NCBI GenBank assembly: GCA_963776245.1
Contig: CAVZLN010000003.1
Coordinates: 32,001 to 96,000, forward strand
Source: Candidatus Eiseniibacteriota bacterium
GTDB taxonomy: Bacteria > Eisenbacteria > RBG-16-71-46
Direction of reading: 5' to 3'
Length of the DNA stretch: 64,000 bases
Both the position numbers and the translations under genes were made by a program. Shown here piece by piece: positions 23,296 to 35,274 of the stretch. Position 1 is the first letter of the stretch, and every line of letters begins with the position of its first letter. The notes under the pieces are model-generated. The model saw only the letters and a list, made by a program, of their open reading frames with translations. It did not search any database and was not told the origin of the DNA.

Positions 23296-25578
23296 ATGCG
23301 AACGCTTCTCCGCATCGCCTCCGTGGCCGCCGCGCTCACGTTCACCCTGGTCGCGTTCGGCTGCGGACACGACCATCGCTCGCCGCTGGGAATCCCCAAT
23401 CAGCCGCCCACCGTCACCCTCACCTCGACATCTGCCAGCGCGAGCGGCGCCGGGGACGCGGCCCACGTGTTGCGATGGAGCGGCGCCGACCCGGATGGAC
23501 GTGTGGATCACTACCTCGTCACCTCGGACGCGCGCTCGATCGCACTCGAGACCGGATGGACGCGCGCCGAGGGCGGCGGGCGCCTGCTCACCGTGCATCG
23601 CGCCTCGCGCGCGTTTGAGGGGGACCTCGCGCACCCCCTCGAGCCCTCGTTCTTCGCCGTGCGCGCGGTGGACGAGCAAGGCGCGATCTCGGCACCCGCG
23701 GTGCGCGCGTTCTTCGCCGATAACGTGGCGCCCGAGGTGCAGATCACGTCGCCCTGGCCGAGCATCTTCTACTCCTTCATCCACACGGTTGTGACCCCCA
23801 CCTTCCGAGTGACGTGGAGGGGGAATGACCCCGACGGCTCGGTGCCGTCGAAGCTCGCGATGTACAAGTACAAAGTGCTCGGCCCAGGGAGCGAGTTCCC
23901 GATGAGCACCAACCCCGACTCCTTGCGGAGGCGCTACGCCCCAAACTTCGCCGGTTGGGATTCGGTGCCCGGCGAATCGCTCGGCGTCACGGTGCGGGAC
24001 CTGCAGGTCGGGAGCGGAGTACATCTTCGCGCTGGTCGGATTCGATGTCGCGGGGGACTATTCGCCTTTCTTCTCGTACGGCACCAACCTGCTCTACTTC
24101 TGCGTCACTAATCCACTGGTCGGTGGACCACGGATCACGGTGTCTGGGGACGGATTCGAATTCCGGACTCAGGGAGGCGTCCTTCCGGGACTCGCGGGAC
24201 GTCATCGACGCTGAAGGCCCCTGCCCGCGCGCCGGTGGCGGTGAGGTGGTCTGCGGCACCGGGGCCCGGGGCACACATGGCCGCCTACCGCTGGGCGATC
24301 GACATCGCGGACGTGAACGACGAGAGCCGCCGTCGGTACGCGCTCGATGTCGCGCGCTGGAGTAGCTGGAGCTTGACCGACACCTCGGCGATCGTCTCTG
24401 TGCTGCTCCCCCTGCCACCGAGTCTCACCCGTCGACTCTTCATCGAGGCGCTCGATTCGAACGGGTTCAAGAGCCGGGTGACCGTGAGAGTGGAGTTTCT
24501 GAAGGTGACGCGCGAGCGTCCGACGCTCGTGGTGCTCGACACGCGTTTCCCGCTGGAGAACCTGAACGCGAGCGGGAACACCATCCCGGTCGGAAACTGG
24601 CCCAACGCAGGCGAGATCGATTCCTTCCTGGTCGCGCGTGGCGGGGTGCCCTGGCAGGGCTATCCGACGGGCTCGATGAGCACGCCAGGGCTGTTCTCGG
24701 GCTACGACTTCGACGTGTACCGCACCCGCAGCACCGCGCTCGACAAGACGGTGCCGCTCGAACTGTTGTTGCGCTACAAGAACGTGGTGTGGATCGCCGA
24801 CGCGAATGTCATCCAGGGGAGCCCTGTCGGTGGCCAGTACGCTCTGCGGTACATGAGCGCGCCAGGGCGACAGAATGTGCTGGTCGCCTACGCGAATGGC
24901 GGGGGGCGCGTGTGGGTAGTGGGCGGCGGCGGGGCCTACGCGATGTCGAGGGACATGTTCAACACCTCCAACAACGACTCCCACGTGTTCACCTACTCGT
25001 CCGTCACGGGCGAGCTGGTGCCCGGGCGACCGATGTGGGATCTCGCTCACTGGCGCAGCGAGTTCAGTGCCTCGAGCACCTCGAACCGGGCGGTCACGAA
25101 GGTCGCACCCCCGCCGGGCCGGCTCGGCGTGCCCGACTACTCCGGCCTGCCCCCATCGCTCACGCTGCGTTCGCCCACCACCGACCCGCTCCCGCCCGCG
25201 CGGACGCCGGCGAGCTTCTACCAGGTCCAGCCGACCATGTTCGAGTACCTCACCAAGCCGAACGTCATCACGGAGAGCTGCTTCCCGTGGCCAGGGCGGC
25301 CAATGGCGAGCGCGCTCGACACCGTCTACCTGGTGCGCGGCGTCTACCCGCCCGACCAGGACCTGCCGTGCATGACGGTGTACCGCGGCAACGAGACCGG
25401 CCAGGTGGTGTTCACCGGCTTCGACCTGTGGTCGTGGAGTCGTCCGCAATGCCGCGCCATCGTGGACGCGGTGCTGCGCGACATCTGGCACCTCACGCCC
25501 ACCACCGAAGCCCCTGGCATCGCGGTGCTCGACGACACGGAATCTGCTGACAACGGCGAACCGCTCATCCGTCGCTGA
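23296..25578 (+). pseudogene. Large lipoprotein with Ig/FN3-like modules, interrupted by frameshifts around 24016-24225
   Basis: Lipobox VAFGC; repeated W.G.DPDG modules. Coding-like reading continues through other frames (EYIFALVGFDVAGDYSPFF...) before rejoining ORF 24235..25578. Confidence 0.7.
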
Positions 25579-25643
25579 GCGCCGCTCGCCACGAGGGAGG
25601 ACGTCCTGCGCAAGCGATCTGGCGGGGGCGCTCCCCCACCGCA

Positions 25644-25850
25644 TCAGGCCGCGGCGAAGGAGATGCTCAGGAGATCCGGACCGGCCTCGCCCTTTTCGAG
25701 TCGGTCCGCCACCACCCGCAATGCGAGGGCCTGGACCCTCGCCACCGCATCGGCAGGAGTGGTGCCGTAGCTCATCACGCCCGGCAGCTCGCTCACCTCG
25801 GCGATCCAGCGCCCGTCGCGCTCCTGCTCCACCTCCACATGGATCGTCAT
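25644..25850 (-). CDS. HicB-like antitoxin (UPF0150)
   Basis: MTIHVEVEQERDGRWIAEVSELPGVMSYGTT..A; start overlaps the GNAT stop (ATGA). Confidence 0.88.
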   Translation of the reverse strand: MTIHVEVEQERDGRWIAEVSELPGVMSYGTTPADAVARVQALALRVVADRLEKGEAGPDLLSISFAAA

Positions 25851-26449
25851 GCGACTGCGCCCCGGAGCATGCCCTCGAGCCGCGCCTTCACGGCGGGCCA
25901 CTCGCGCTGCAGGATGCTCAGGTAGACCGTGTCGCGCACCTCGCCCCGGTCGTTGATGGCGTGCTGGCGCAGCACCCCCTCCTCGACGCAGCCGATGCGC
26001 CGCATGGCCGCCCGCGAGCGCGTGTTGAGCGCGTTGGTCTTGAGCTCGACGCGCAGGCACTCCCAGGTCTCGAACGCGTGGCGCAGCATCAGGTACTTGG
26101 CCTCGGTGTTGACCGCGGTGCGCTGGTGCCCGCGCCCGATCCACGTCCAGCCGATCTCGACCCGGCGATGCTTCGGCTCGATGGCGGCGAAGCGCGTGGA
26201 GCCGATCGCCCGGCCGGTCGCGGGCAGCACGTGCGCGAACGGCAGCGAGCGCCCGTGCTCCTGCTCGCGCAGCGCGGTCTCGAGGTAGCGCGTGAGGTCC
26301 TCGGGGGTCTCGACGTGGTTGGTGGTCCAGCGCCACAGGTCGGGATCGAGCGCGTGCTCGAGCAGGTCGCCCGCGTGCGCCAGCGACAGCGGTTCGAGGC
26401 GGACGTGGGTGCCCGCGAGCGTGACGGGCTCGAGCTGGGACAGGGGCAT
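25847..26449 (-). CDS. RimJ/RimL-type GNAT acetyltransferase
   Basis: GSTRF, VEIGWTW, QRTAVNTEAKYLMLRHAFE, NTRSRAAMRRIG, RDTVYLSIL. Confidence 0.92.
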   Translation of the reverse strand: MPLSQLEPVTLAGTHVRLEPLSLAHAGDLLEHALDPDLWRWTTNHVETPEDLTRYLETALREQEHGRSLPFAHVLPATGRAIGSTRFAAIEPKHRRVEIGWTWIGRGHQRTAVNTEAKYLMLRHAFETWECLRVELKTNALNTRSRAAMRRIGCVEEGVLRQHAINDRGEVRDTVYLSILQREWPAVKARLEGMLRGAVA

Positions 26450-26684
26450 GCTCGCGCGACTCCGGCGGTGGATGGTGGCGGGACGGAGGCGAGCATCCGC
26501 CGGGAGGCGGCACGGGTCAAGGCCCACGGCAGCCCGCCCGGCAGCGCCGCGCGAGTCGCCGGCCCGCGCCGGTCGCCGACTTCTCCGCATCCGGCGCCCG
26601 GGAGACGCCGTCCGCGGCGTTTGACGTAGAATGCCGCCCTCTTCGCACGGTCGCCATCCACGTCCCGCCACGAAAGGAATCACG

Positions 26685-28009
<1,325 letters not shown>

Positions 28010-28013
<4 letters not shown>

Positions 28014-29545
28014 CCTTCCGCCGCCAGTCCCGCGCCGCCCTGCTCGGCCTGTCCGCCTTCCTCGCGCTGTCCGCGCTCCCCGCGCACGCCGCGCCCTCGC
28101 CCGGGCCGCTCGGCCAGCCGCCGGTCCTGCTGCCGGTGCCGGCCGATCCCACGGTCTCGCTGCGCATCGCGTTCGTGATCGGCTCGCAGGACGATCCCGC
28201 GGGCAGGGAAGGGCTCGCCTGCCTGACCGCCACGCTGATGGCCGAGGGCGCGACCCGCACGCACTCCTACCCGGAGATCCTCAGGCTCCTCTACCCGATG
28301 GCCTCGTCGTACGACGTGCGCGTGGACAAGGAGCTCACCACCTTCGCGGGGCGCGTGCATCGCGACAACCTCGAGGCCTATACCGCGCTCCTGCTCGAGG
28401 CCATCCTGCACCCGGCCTTCACCGACGAGGACTTCCAGCGCGTCAAGCAGCAGACCCGCGACTACCTCACCAAGACGCTGCGCTACTCCTCCGACGAGGA
28501 ACTGGGCAAGCAGACGCTCTACGGCGCGGCGTTCGCGGGCACGCCCTACGCCCACCTCGAGGTGGGCACGGTGGCGGGGCTCGACGCCATCACGCTCGAC
28601 GACGTGAAGGCGTTCCACCTCTCGCACTTCACGCGCGAGACCGTGCGGCTCGCGGTCGGCGGCGGATATGACGCCCGGACCGTGGCGGCGCTGCAGACCG
28701 CGCTCGCCGGACTGCCGGCGGGCCGGCCGGCGCCGGTGCCCGCGCCGCGGCTCGCCCCGGTCAGCGGCCGTCCGGTGACCCTGGTGCAGAAGCCGGGTGC
28801 CGCGACCGCGATCTCGTTCGGCCATCCGATCGACGTGAAGCGGGGCACGCGCGAGTTCTACGCCCTTTGGCTCGCCAATTCGTGGCTCGGCGAGCATCGC
28901 AACTCGTCCTCCCACCTCTACCAGGTGATCCGCGAGGCGCGCGGCATGAACTACGGGGACTACTCGTACATCGAGATCTTCCCCGGCGGCGGGCAGCGCA
29001 CCATGCCGCCCACCAACGTGCCGCGCCGCCGCCAGTTGTTCGAGGTGTGGGTGCGACCGGTGCCGAACGCGCAGGCGCACTTCGCGCTGCGTGCCGCGGT
29101 CCGCGAAGTCGAGCGGCTGGCGAAGAACGGCCTCACGCAGGAGCAGTTCGAGCTCACGCGCTCGTTCCTCGCCAAGTACTGCCTGCACTTCGCTCCCACC
29201 ACCGAGGATCGCCTCGGCTACGCGCTCGACGACCGGATCTACGGCGTGGCGGCACCCGGCGACCTCGAGATGTTCCGCCAGGTGGTGCCCACCCTCCGGC
29301 TGGAGGAGGTCAATGCCGCGGTGCGCAAGCACCTCCGCCCGGCCGAGCTGCGGTTCGCGCTGGTGAGCGAGAAGGGCGACGCGCTGGCCGAGGAGCTCGC
29401 GACCGGCACGCCCAGCCCGATGACCTACGGCACGCCCAAGCCGCAGGAGGTGCTCGACGAGGACAAGGTGATCGAGTCCTATCCGCTCGGGCTCACCCGC
29501 GACCGGATCGCCGTGGTGCCGGTGGACCGCATGTTCGAGAAGTAG
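28010..29545 (+). CDS. M16 peptidase, non-catalytic partner subunit
   Basis: DPAGREGLA, LYQVIREARGMNYGDYS; no HxxEH; ATGA-coupled to the preceding gene. Confidence 0.9.
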
Positions 29546-29788
29546 TCCGCGGCGTGATGGCCCGGCGGAGACCGTCCGCCGGGCCACTCGCCGATGAGCG
29601 CGGGTCACGCGCGGAAGCGGGCCGACCTGCGGCGGATGGCGTCCCGCGGCCGCTTCCCGGCGCCCTTCTGCTCTCGCCGCGTTTCTCGCTGGACAGCGGG
29701 CCACGCCGGGGCGAGCATCGCGCCCGTCAGCCGTGCCGAGCGGGCCGCGTCTCTCGGCGCATCGGAGGCCCCACCCCCGAGGTGCACG

Positions 29789-31495
29789 ATGCCCACGCGC
29801 CCCCTGAGGTCCCTGCCCGCTTCGGTCCTCGCACTCCTGCTCTCCGCCGTCGTGGCCCGGGGGGCGACCTCGCCGACCCCCATGCGATTCACGCCGGGCG
29901 AGGTGCTGGCGGTGGTCGATCCCGCCGCGCTCGAGGGCGACGGCCGCGTCACCGCGTATCGCGTGGTGGCCCCGGCCGCGCTCGCGACGCTCGCCCGCTT
30001 CGGGCTCGACCGCGTGGAGCGGGTCGGGATGTCCCGTGCGGAGGGCGTGCCCCGCGTGCTGCGCCTGCGCTCCTCGCGGGCGGACTTCGACCCCGTCGAG
30101 GCGACCCGGGCGCTCGCGGCCTCGGGAGCGTTCCGCGCGGTGTGCCCGGACTACCGCCTGCGTCTTTCCGTCGTGCCGGACGATCCCATGCTGCTCTACC
30201 AGTGGTACGTGGACGACGGCGGCTCCGCCGACATCCGGCTGCCCGCCGCGTGGGACGTGACGCACGGCGACACCGCGGTGGTGATCGCGATCGTGGACAC
30301 CGGGGTGGACACCGGGCACCCCGACCTCGCCGGGCAGATCTGGCGCAATCGCGACGAGATCCCCGCCAACGGCATCGACGACGATGGCGACGGCTACGTG
30401 GACGACGTGCGGGGATGGGACTTCGGCATGCAGGATGCCGACCCCGATCCCGAGTACACCGCCGACCCCAGCGGCATCGACGTCGGATTCCACGGCACGT
30501 TCTGCGCCGGCCTCGCCTCCGCCTCGACCGACGACGGCGTCGGCATCGCCGGAGCGGGCTGGAGATGCCGGCTCATGCCCCTCAAGGTCTCCACGCCCGA
30601 CAGCGGCATCGGGATCGGCGCGGTCGCGGCGGCGGTCCAGTACGCCGCGGACCATCACGCGAGCGTGCTCTCCATGAGCTTCGGCGCCCCGGACGAGCCC
30701 GGGGTGGCGCCGTTCTTCCAGGCGCTGGTGGACATCGCGCTCGCCGCCGACGTGGTGTGCGTGGCCGCCGCCGGCAACGACGGCGTCGACACTCCCATCT
30801 ATCCGGCGGCATGCGACGGCGTGCTCGCGGTGGGGGCCACCGACTTCGACGCGGGGCGCGCGTCGTTCTCGAACTGGGGGCCGTGGGTGGATGTCGCGGC
30901 GCCCGGCGCCTCGATGTGGTCCACGCTGTGCCGCAACTACACGCTGACCGAGCTCGACCAGCTGATCTACATCCTGCTCTTCAACTGGGACGGCGTGCAG
31001 CCGTACATGTACGGTGATGGCACGTCGTTCGCCTGCCCGCTGACCGCGGGCGTGTGCGGGTTGGTGCGCTCCCGATATCCGACCCTGACCGCACGCCAGG
31101 TGGAGGCCCAGATCGCCCAGACCGGCGACGCGGTGGCCTTCGACCATCCCATCGGGCCCCGCGTGAACGCGTGGCGGGCGGTGAGCACGCCGTGGGTCTC
31201 GGTCGAGCCCGGCCCCCTGCCCGCGACCCTGCGGCTGGTCGCCGCGTCGCCCAACCCGGCGCGCGCCGGGGAACCGTGGGCCATCGCGCTGGCGCTGCCG
31301 TCCGCCGGCCCGATCGTCCTCGAGCTGTTCGACGTGCGCGGACGGCGGGTGGCGGAGCGCGCTCCCGAGCGGGTCGGCGCGGGGAGCGCCGTGCTGCGCT
31401 GGGGACCGCCGGTCCCGGGGGTGGGGATCTACTTCCTGCGCGTGCGCGACGCGGCGGGAGCGACCGCGATCACACGGGTCGCGGTGCTGGAGTGA
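29789..31495 (+). CDS. S8 subtilisin-like serine protease with FlgD-Ig/T9SS-like C-terminal domain
   Basis: Triad motifs IVDTG, HGTFCAG, GTSFACP; AAAGN; CTD SPNP...ELFDVRGRRV...GIYFLRV. Confidence 0.93.
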   Translation: MPTRPLRSLPASVLALLLSAVVARGATSPTPMRFTPGEVLAVVDPAALEGDGRVTAYRVVAPAALATLARFGLDRVERVGMSRAEGVPRVLRLRSSRADFDPVEATRALAASGAFRAVCPDYRLRLSVVPDDPMLLYQWYVDDGGSADIRLPAAWDVTHGDTAVVIAIVDTGVDTGHPDLAGQIWRNRDEIPANGIDDDGDGYVDDVRGWDFGMQDADPDPEYTADPSGIDVGFHGTFCAGLASASTDDGVGIAGAGWRCRLMPLKVSTPDSGIGIGAVAAAVQYAADHHASVLSMSFGAPDEPGVAPFFQALVDIALAADVVCVAAAGNDGVDTPIYPAACDGVLAVGATDFDAGRASFSNWGPWVDVAAPGASMWSTLCRNYTLTELDQLIYILLFNWDGVQPYMYGDGTSFACPLTAGVCGLVRSRYPTLTARQVEAQIAQTGDAVAFDHPIGPRVNAWRAVSTPWVSVEPGPLPATLRLVAASPNPARAGEPWAIALALPSAGPIVLELFDVRGRRVAERAPERVGAGSAVLRWGPPVPGVGIYFLRVRDAAGATAITRVAVLE

Positions 31496-31508
31496 CGGCC
31501 GCCGCGCG

Positions 31509-34500
31509 CTACTCGCGCACCATGTAGTAGAGCGCCTCGGGGTGGTGGACGATGAGCGCGCTGGTGCTCGCTTCGGGCACCAGCTGGTGCGCACTGGTCA
31601 GCGTCACGCCGATCGCCTCGTCGGGGCCCAGCAGCTCGAACATGCGGGCCTGGTCCGCGAGGTCGGGACACGCGCTGTAGCCCGGCGAGTAGCGCTTGCC
31701 GCGCCCCGCCTCCAGCCCCCACTCGGCCCGGATCCGCGCGTGGTGCCACTCGGCGAGACCCTCGGCCGCCGCGACCCCGAGCCCGTGCACGAACAGCGCC
31801 TCGGCGTACTCGCCGCGCGCGTTGAGCGCCTGCCCCAGCTCGTCCACGTGCGGGCCCACGGTCACCACCTGCATCGCGAGCACGTCGAAGCGGCTGCTCT
31901 CGACCGGCTGGAAGTAGTCGGCGAGGCACAGTCCCTCGCGCTCGGCCTGGCGGGGGAAGGTGAACCGCACGACCTCCTCGATCTTCCCGCGCGCCGACAG
32001 CGAGCCGCCGGCGAACGCCGAGGGGTCGTACACCACCAGGTCCTGGCCCTCGCTCTGCACCGGGAAGAACCCGTACACCGCGGTCGGCCGCAGCCAGCCC
32101 TTCTCCTCGGCCTCGCGCTGCAGCCGCAGCCGGCGCGGCTCGAAGTCGTCGCGGAGCAGGGCGTCGACCTCGGGCCCGCTGCCGCGCGCGCCCCAGTGCA
32201 GCCGGTAGAGCGTCTTGAGGTCGATGCCCTGGTACATCCCGGCGAAGTCCACCTGCTTCGTCGCGGTGACGCGCGCGCCCCAGAACGGCGGCGGCGGGAC
32301 GGTCACGTCGCGCGACACCGTCACCTTGAAGTCGCGCTGCCCGGCGCTCGACCGGGCGACCCGCGCCTCCAGTTCGGCGCTCTTGGCCTTGAACTCGAGC
32401 GCCTCCTTCGCGATGCGCTGGCGCAGCCGCGGGCCCTCGATCGCATCGCCGAGCGCGTTCACGGTGTCGAGCCCCTCGAAGGCGTCCTTGCAGTAGTACA
32501 CGCCCGGCGCGTAGGCCGTCTCGCCGTCCACCAGCGCGGCACGGCGGCCGAAGTTGCGGTTGATGGCGGCGCCGCCGATGAGCACCGGCACCGTGAACCC
32601 GCGCTTGTGCAGCTCCGCCACCGCGATGGGCATCTGCTTGCTGGTCGAGACCAGCAGCGCCGACAGGCCGATGGCGGTGGCGTCCACCTCCCGGGCCTTG
32701 TCGAGGATGAGCTGCACCGGCACCTGCTTGCCGAGGTCGAACACGGTGTACCCGTTGTTCGAGAGGATGGTCTTCACCAGGTTCTTGCCGATGTCGTGCA
32801 CGTCGCCGTACACGGTGGCGAGCACGACGCGGCCCTTGGTGACGTCCGCGCGCTTCTCGAGGTACTGCTCGAGGCGGGCGACCGCCTTCTTCATCACTTC
32901 CGCGCTCTGGAGCACGAACGGCAGGATCAGCTCGCCCGAGCCGAACTTGTCGCCCACCTCCTTCATGGCGGGCAGCAGCACGGTGTTGAGCACGTCCACC
33001 GCCGGCCGGCGCTTGACCGCGGCGTCCACCAGGTCCTCGATGCCCGCGGGCTTGCGGTGCAGGATCTGGAAGTGGATGCGCTGCTCCACGTCCATCGCCG
33101 CCTCGGCGGCCTCGTCGGCCCGCTCGCGCGTCTCGGGCGTGCGCCCCTCGAAGCGCTGGATGAAGGCGGCCAGCGCCTCGGGCACGCGGTCGAGGACGAG
33201 GTCCTCGGCGGCCTGGCGGTCGGCGGCGTCGATCTCGGCGTACGGCGTGATGTCGGCCGGGTTCACGATCGCCATGTCGAGCCCGGCCTGCACGCAGTGG
33301 TAGAGGAACACCGAGTTGAGCACCGCGCGCGCCGTGGGCCCGAGGCCGAACGACACGTTCGACACGCCGAGGCTGGTGAGCACGCCCGGAAGCTCCTGCT
33401 TGATGAGGCGGATCCCCGAGATGGTCTCGATCCCCGAGTGCGCGAACTCGGCGTCGCCGGTGGCGAGCGTGAAGGTGAGATCGTCGAACACCAGCAGCTC
33501 GGGCGGCAGCCCGTACTCGCGCGTCACGATGTCGTGGATGCGCCGCGCCACCTCGAGCTTGCGCGCGGCGGTCTTGGCCATGCCCTGCTCGTCGATGGTG
33601 AGCGCGATCACCGCCGCCCCGTAGCGCATGACCAGCGGCATCACGGCGTCGACGCGCTCGCGCCCGTTCTCGAGGTTGATCGAGTTGACGAGCGCGCAGC
33701 CGGGACAGGCGCGCAGCGCCTCCTCGATGACGCCGGCCTCGGTCGAGTCGATGACCAGCGGCGCCTCGACCGAGAGCGACAGGCGCTTGACCAGCCGCCG
33801 CATCATCGCCGCCTCGTCGGTGCGCTCGGTGAGCGCCATGCACAGGTCGAGCGCGTGGGCGCCGCCCTCCACCTGCTCGCGCGCGATCGGGATCATCTCC
33901 TCGATGCGGTCCGCGAGTGCCAACCGCTTGATCCGGCGCGAGCCCTGGGTGTTGAGCCGCTCCCCGATCAGCAGCGGGCGCGGCTCCTGGAGCGTGGCGG
34001 TCGCGGTCATGCCGCTCGAGAGCGCCCAGCCGCCGCGCCCGGCGCGCGGCACCGGCGCGCGATCGCGGCCGAGCGCCGCCACCATCGCGCGCACGTGGTC
34101 GGGCGTGGTGCCGCAGCAGCCGCCGACGATGTTCACGCCCAGCTCGGCGACGAACTCGCGCAGGGTCTCGGCCATCGGCTCGGGGCGCATCGGATACACC
34201 GTGCGGCCGCCGTCGTTGATGGGCAGCCCCGCGTTCGGGATGACGTGGATCGGAGTGCTGGCGTTCTGCGACAGCCAGCGCACCGCGTCGCGCATCAGGT
34301 CGGGCCCGGTCGAACAGTTGAGCCCGATGATGTCCACGCGCATCGCCTCGAGCGTGGCGAGCGCGCCGCGGATGTCGGTGCCGAGCAGCATGCGTCCGGT
34401 GGGGTCGAGCGTGACCGAGCACTGGATCGGCAGCGTCACCCCGGTGCGCGCGAACGATTCGCGGCAGGCCAGGATCTGCGCCTTCATCTCGATCATGTCC

Positions 34501-35006
34501 TGGCAGGTCTCGAGGATGAGCACGTCGGCGCCGCCCTCGACCAGTCCCCGCGCCTGCTCCTCGAAGAGCGGCACCAGGCCCTCGAGCGTGAAGCGGCCGA
34601 GATCGGGGTCCTCGCTCGACGGGAGCATGCCCGACGGCCCGATCGAGCCCGCGACGAAGCGCGGGCGGCCGTCCGCCCGCTGGAAGCGCTCCGCCACCCG
34701 GCGCGCGATCGCGGCGCCGTCGCGGTTGATCTCGAACGTGCGCTCGCCCAGCCCCCATTCCTCGAGCCGCAGCCGCGAGGCCTGGAACGAGTTGGTCTCG
34801 ACCACGTCGGCGCCGGCGTCGAAGTAGGCGGCGTGCACCGCCTCGACCACGTCAGGACGGGTGATCGAGAGGTAGTCGTTGCACCCCTCCCAGCGCGCTC
34901 CGCCGAAGTCATCGGGCCCGAGCTCGCGCGCCTGCAGTTGCGTGCCCATGGCGCCGTCGTACACCAGCACGTGGGTGCGGAGACGTTCGAGGATCGGGTG
35001 GGTCAC
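31509..35006 (-). CDS. metH: Cobalamin-dependent methionine synthase
   Basis: DGAMGT, GLNC, GGCCGTT, IGERLN, B12 motif GDVHDIGKNLV, RYSPGYSACPDL. Confidence 0.97.
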   Translation of the reverse strand: MTHPILERLRTHVLVYDGAMGTQLQARELGPDDFGGARWEGCNDYLSITRPDVVEAVHAAYFDAGADVVETNSFQASRLRLEEWGLGERTFEINRDGAAIARRVAERFQRADGRPRFVAGSIGPSGMLPSSEDPDLGRFTLEGLVPLFEEQARGLVEGGADVLILETCQDMIEMKAQILACRESFARTGVTLPIQCSVTLDPTGRMLLGTDIRGALATLEAMRVDIIGLNCSTGPDLMRDAVRWLSQNASTPIHVIPNAGLPINDGGRTVYPMRPEPMAETLREFVAELGVNIVGGCCGTTPDHVRAMVAALGRDRAPVPRAGRGGWALSSGMTATATLQEPRPLLIGERLNTQGSRRIKRLALADRIEEMIPIAREQVEGGAHALDLCMALTERTDEAAMMRRLVKRLSLSVEAPLVIDSTEAGVIEEALRACPGCALVNSINLENGRERVDAVMPLVMRYGAAVIALTIDEQGMAKTAARKLEVARRIHDIVTREYGLPPELLVFDDLTFTLATGDAEFAHSGIETISGIRLIKQELPGVLTSLGVSNVSFGLGPTARAVLNSVFLYHCVQAGLDMAIVNPADITPYAEIDAADRQAAEDLVLDRVPEALAAFIQRFEGRTPETRERADEAAEAAMDVEQRIHFQILHRKPAGIEDLVDAAVKRRPAVDVLNTVLLPAMKEVGDKFGSGELILPFVLQSAEVMKKAVARLEQYLEKRADVTKGRVVLATVYGDVHDIGKNLVKTILSNNGYTVFDLGKQVPVQLILDKAREVDATAIGLSALLVSTSKQMPIAVAELHKRGFTVPVLIGGAAINRNFGRRAALVDGETAYAPGVYYCKDAFEGLDTVNALGDAIEGPRLRQRIAKEALEFKAKSAELEARVARSSAGQRDFKVTVSRDVTVPPPPFWGARVTATKQVDFAGMYQGIDLKTLYRLHWGARGSGPEVDALLRDDFEPRRLRLQREAEEKGWLRPTAVYGFFPVQSEGQDLVVYDPSAFAGGSLSARGKIEEVVRFTFPRQAEREGLCLADYFQPVESSRFDVLAMQVVTVGPHVDELGQALNARGEYAEALFVHGLGVAAAEGLAEWHHARIRAEWGLEAGRGKRYSPGYSACPDLADQARMFELLGPDEAIGVTLTSAHQLVPEASTSALIVHHPEALYYMVRE

Positions 35007-35065
35007 GGTCGGGAAGGCGGGACTCCTTGGCGATCGAGGGTGGGGGGCGCGGCCCCGGGGCAGCC

Positions 35066-35094
35066 AGAGTACGGGAGCCCCGCGGAGGCGGCAA
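35066..35094 (-). promoter_or_regulatory. sigma70-type promoter of metH
   Basis: Minus strand TTGCCG-17 nt-TACTCT. Confidence 0.55.
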
Positions 35095-35182
35095 ATCCGG
35101 CCCTCGTGCGTCCTCGGTGGACGGCCCGGCAGGGCCTCCGAGGACGGCGGGACCGGAGACCGGGTCCGCCGGAGGTTCGGGC

Positions 35183-35211
35183 TTGAACGGAGCGCGGGGC
35201 CGTCCTAGCTT
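35183..35211 (+). promoter_or_regulatory. sigma70-type promoter of the DUF1326-like gene
   Basis: TTGAAC-17 nt-TAGCTT. Confidence 0.55.
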
Positions 35212-35274
35212 TTCGCTGCCGCCCCGGCCCCGGGGCGGTGCGAGTTCGACCTCCCAACCCCACTCGGAGGAGTC

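Noticed and set aside
25847..26449. GNAT as the toxin of a GNAT-HicB toxin-antitoxin pair
   Set aside because: The sequence is a typical RimJ/RimL-type acetyltransferase, not AtaT/TacT-like, and those toxins pair with RHH antitoxins.
35007..35274. SAM, SAH or cobalamin riboswitch upstream of metH
   Set aside because: No recognisable consensus, and the predicted promoter leaves only about 55 nt of leader.
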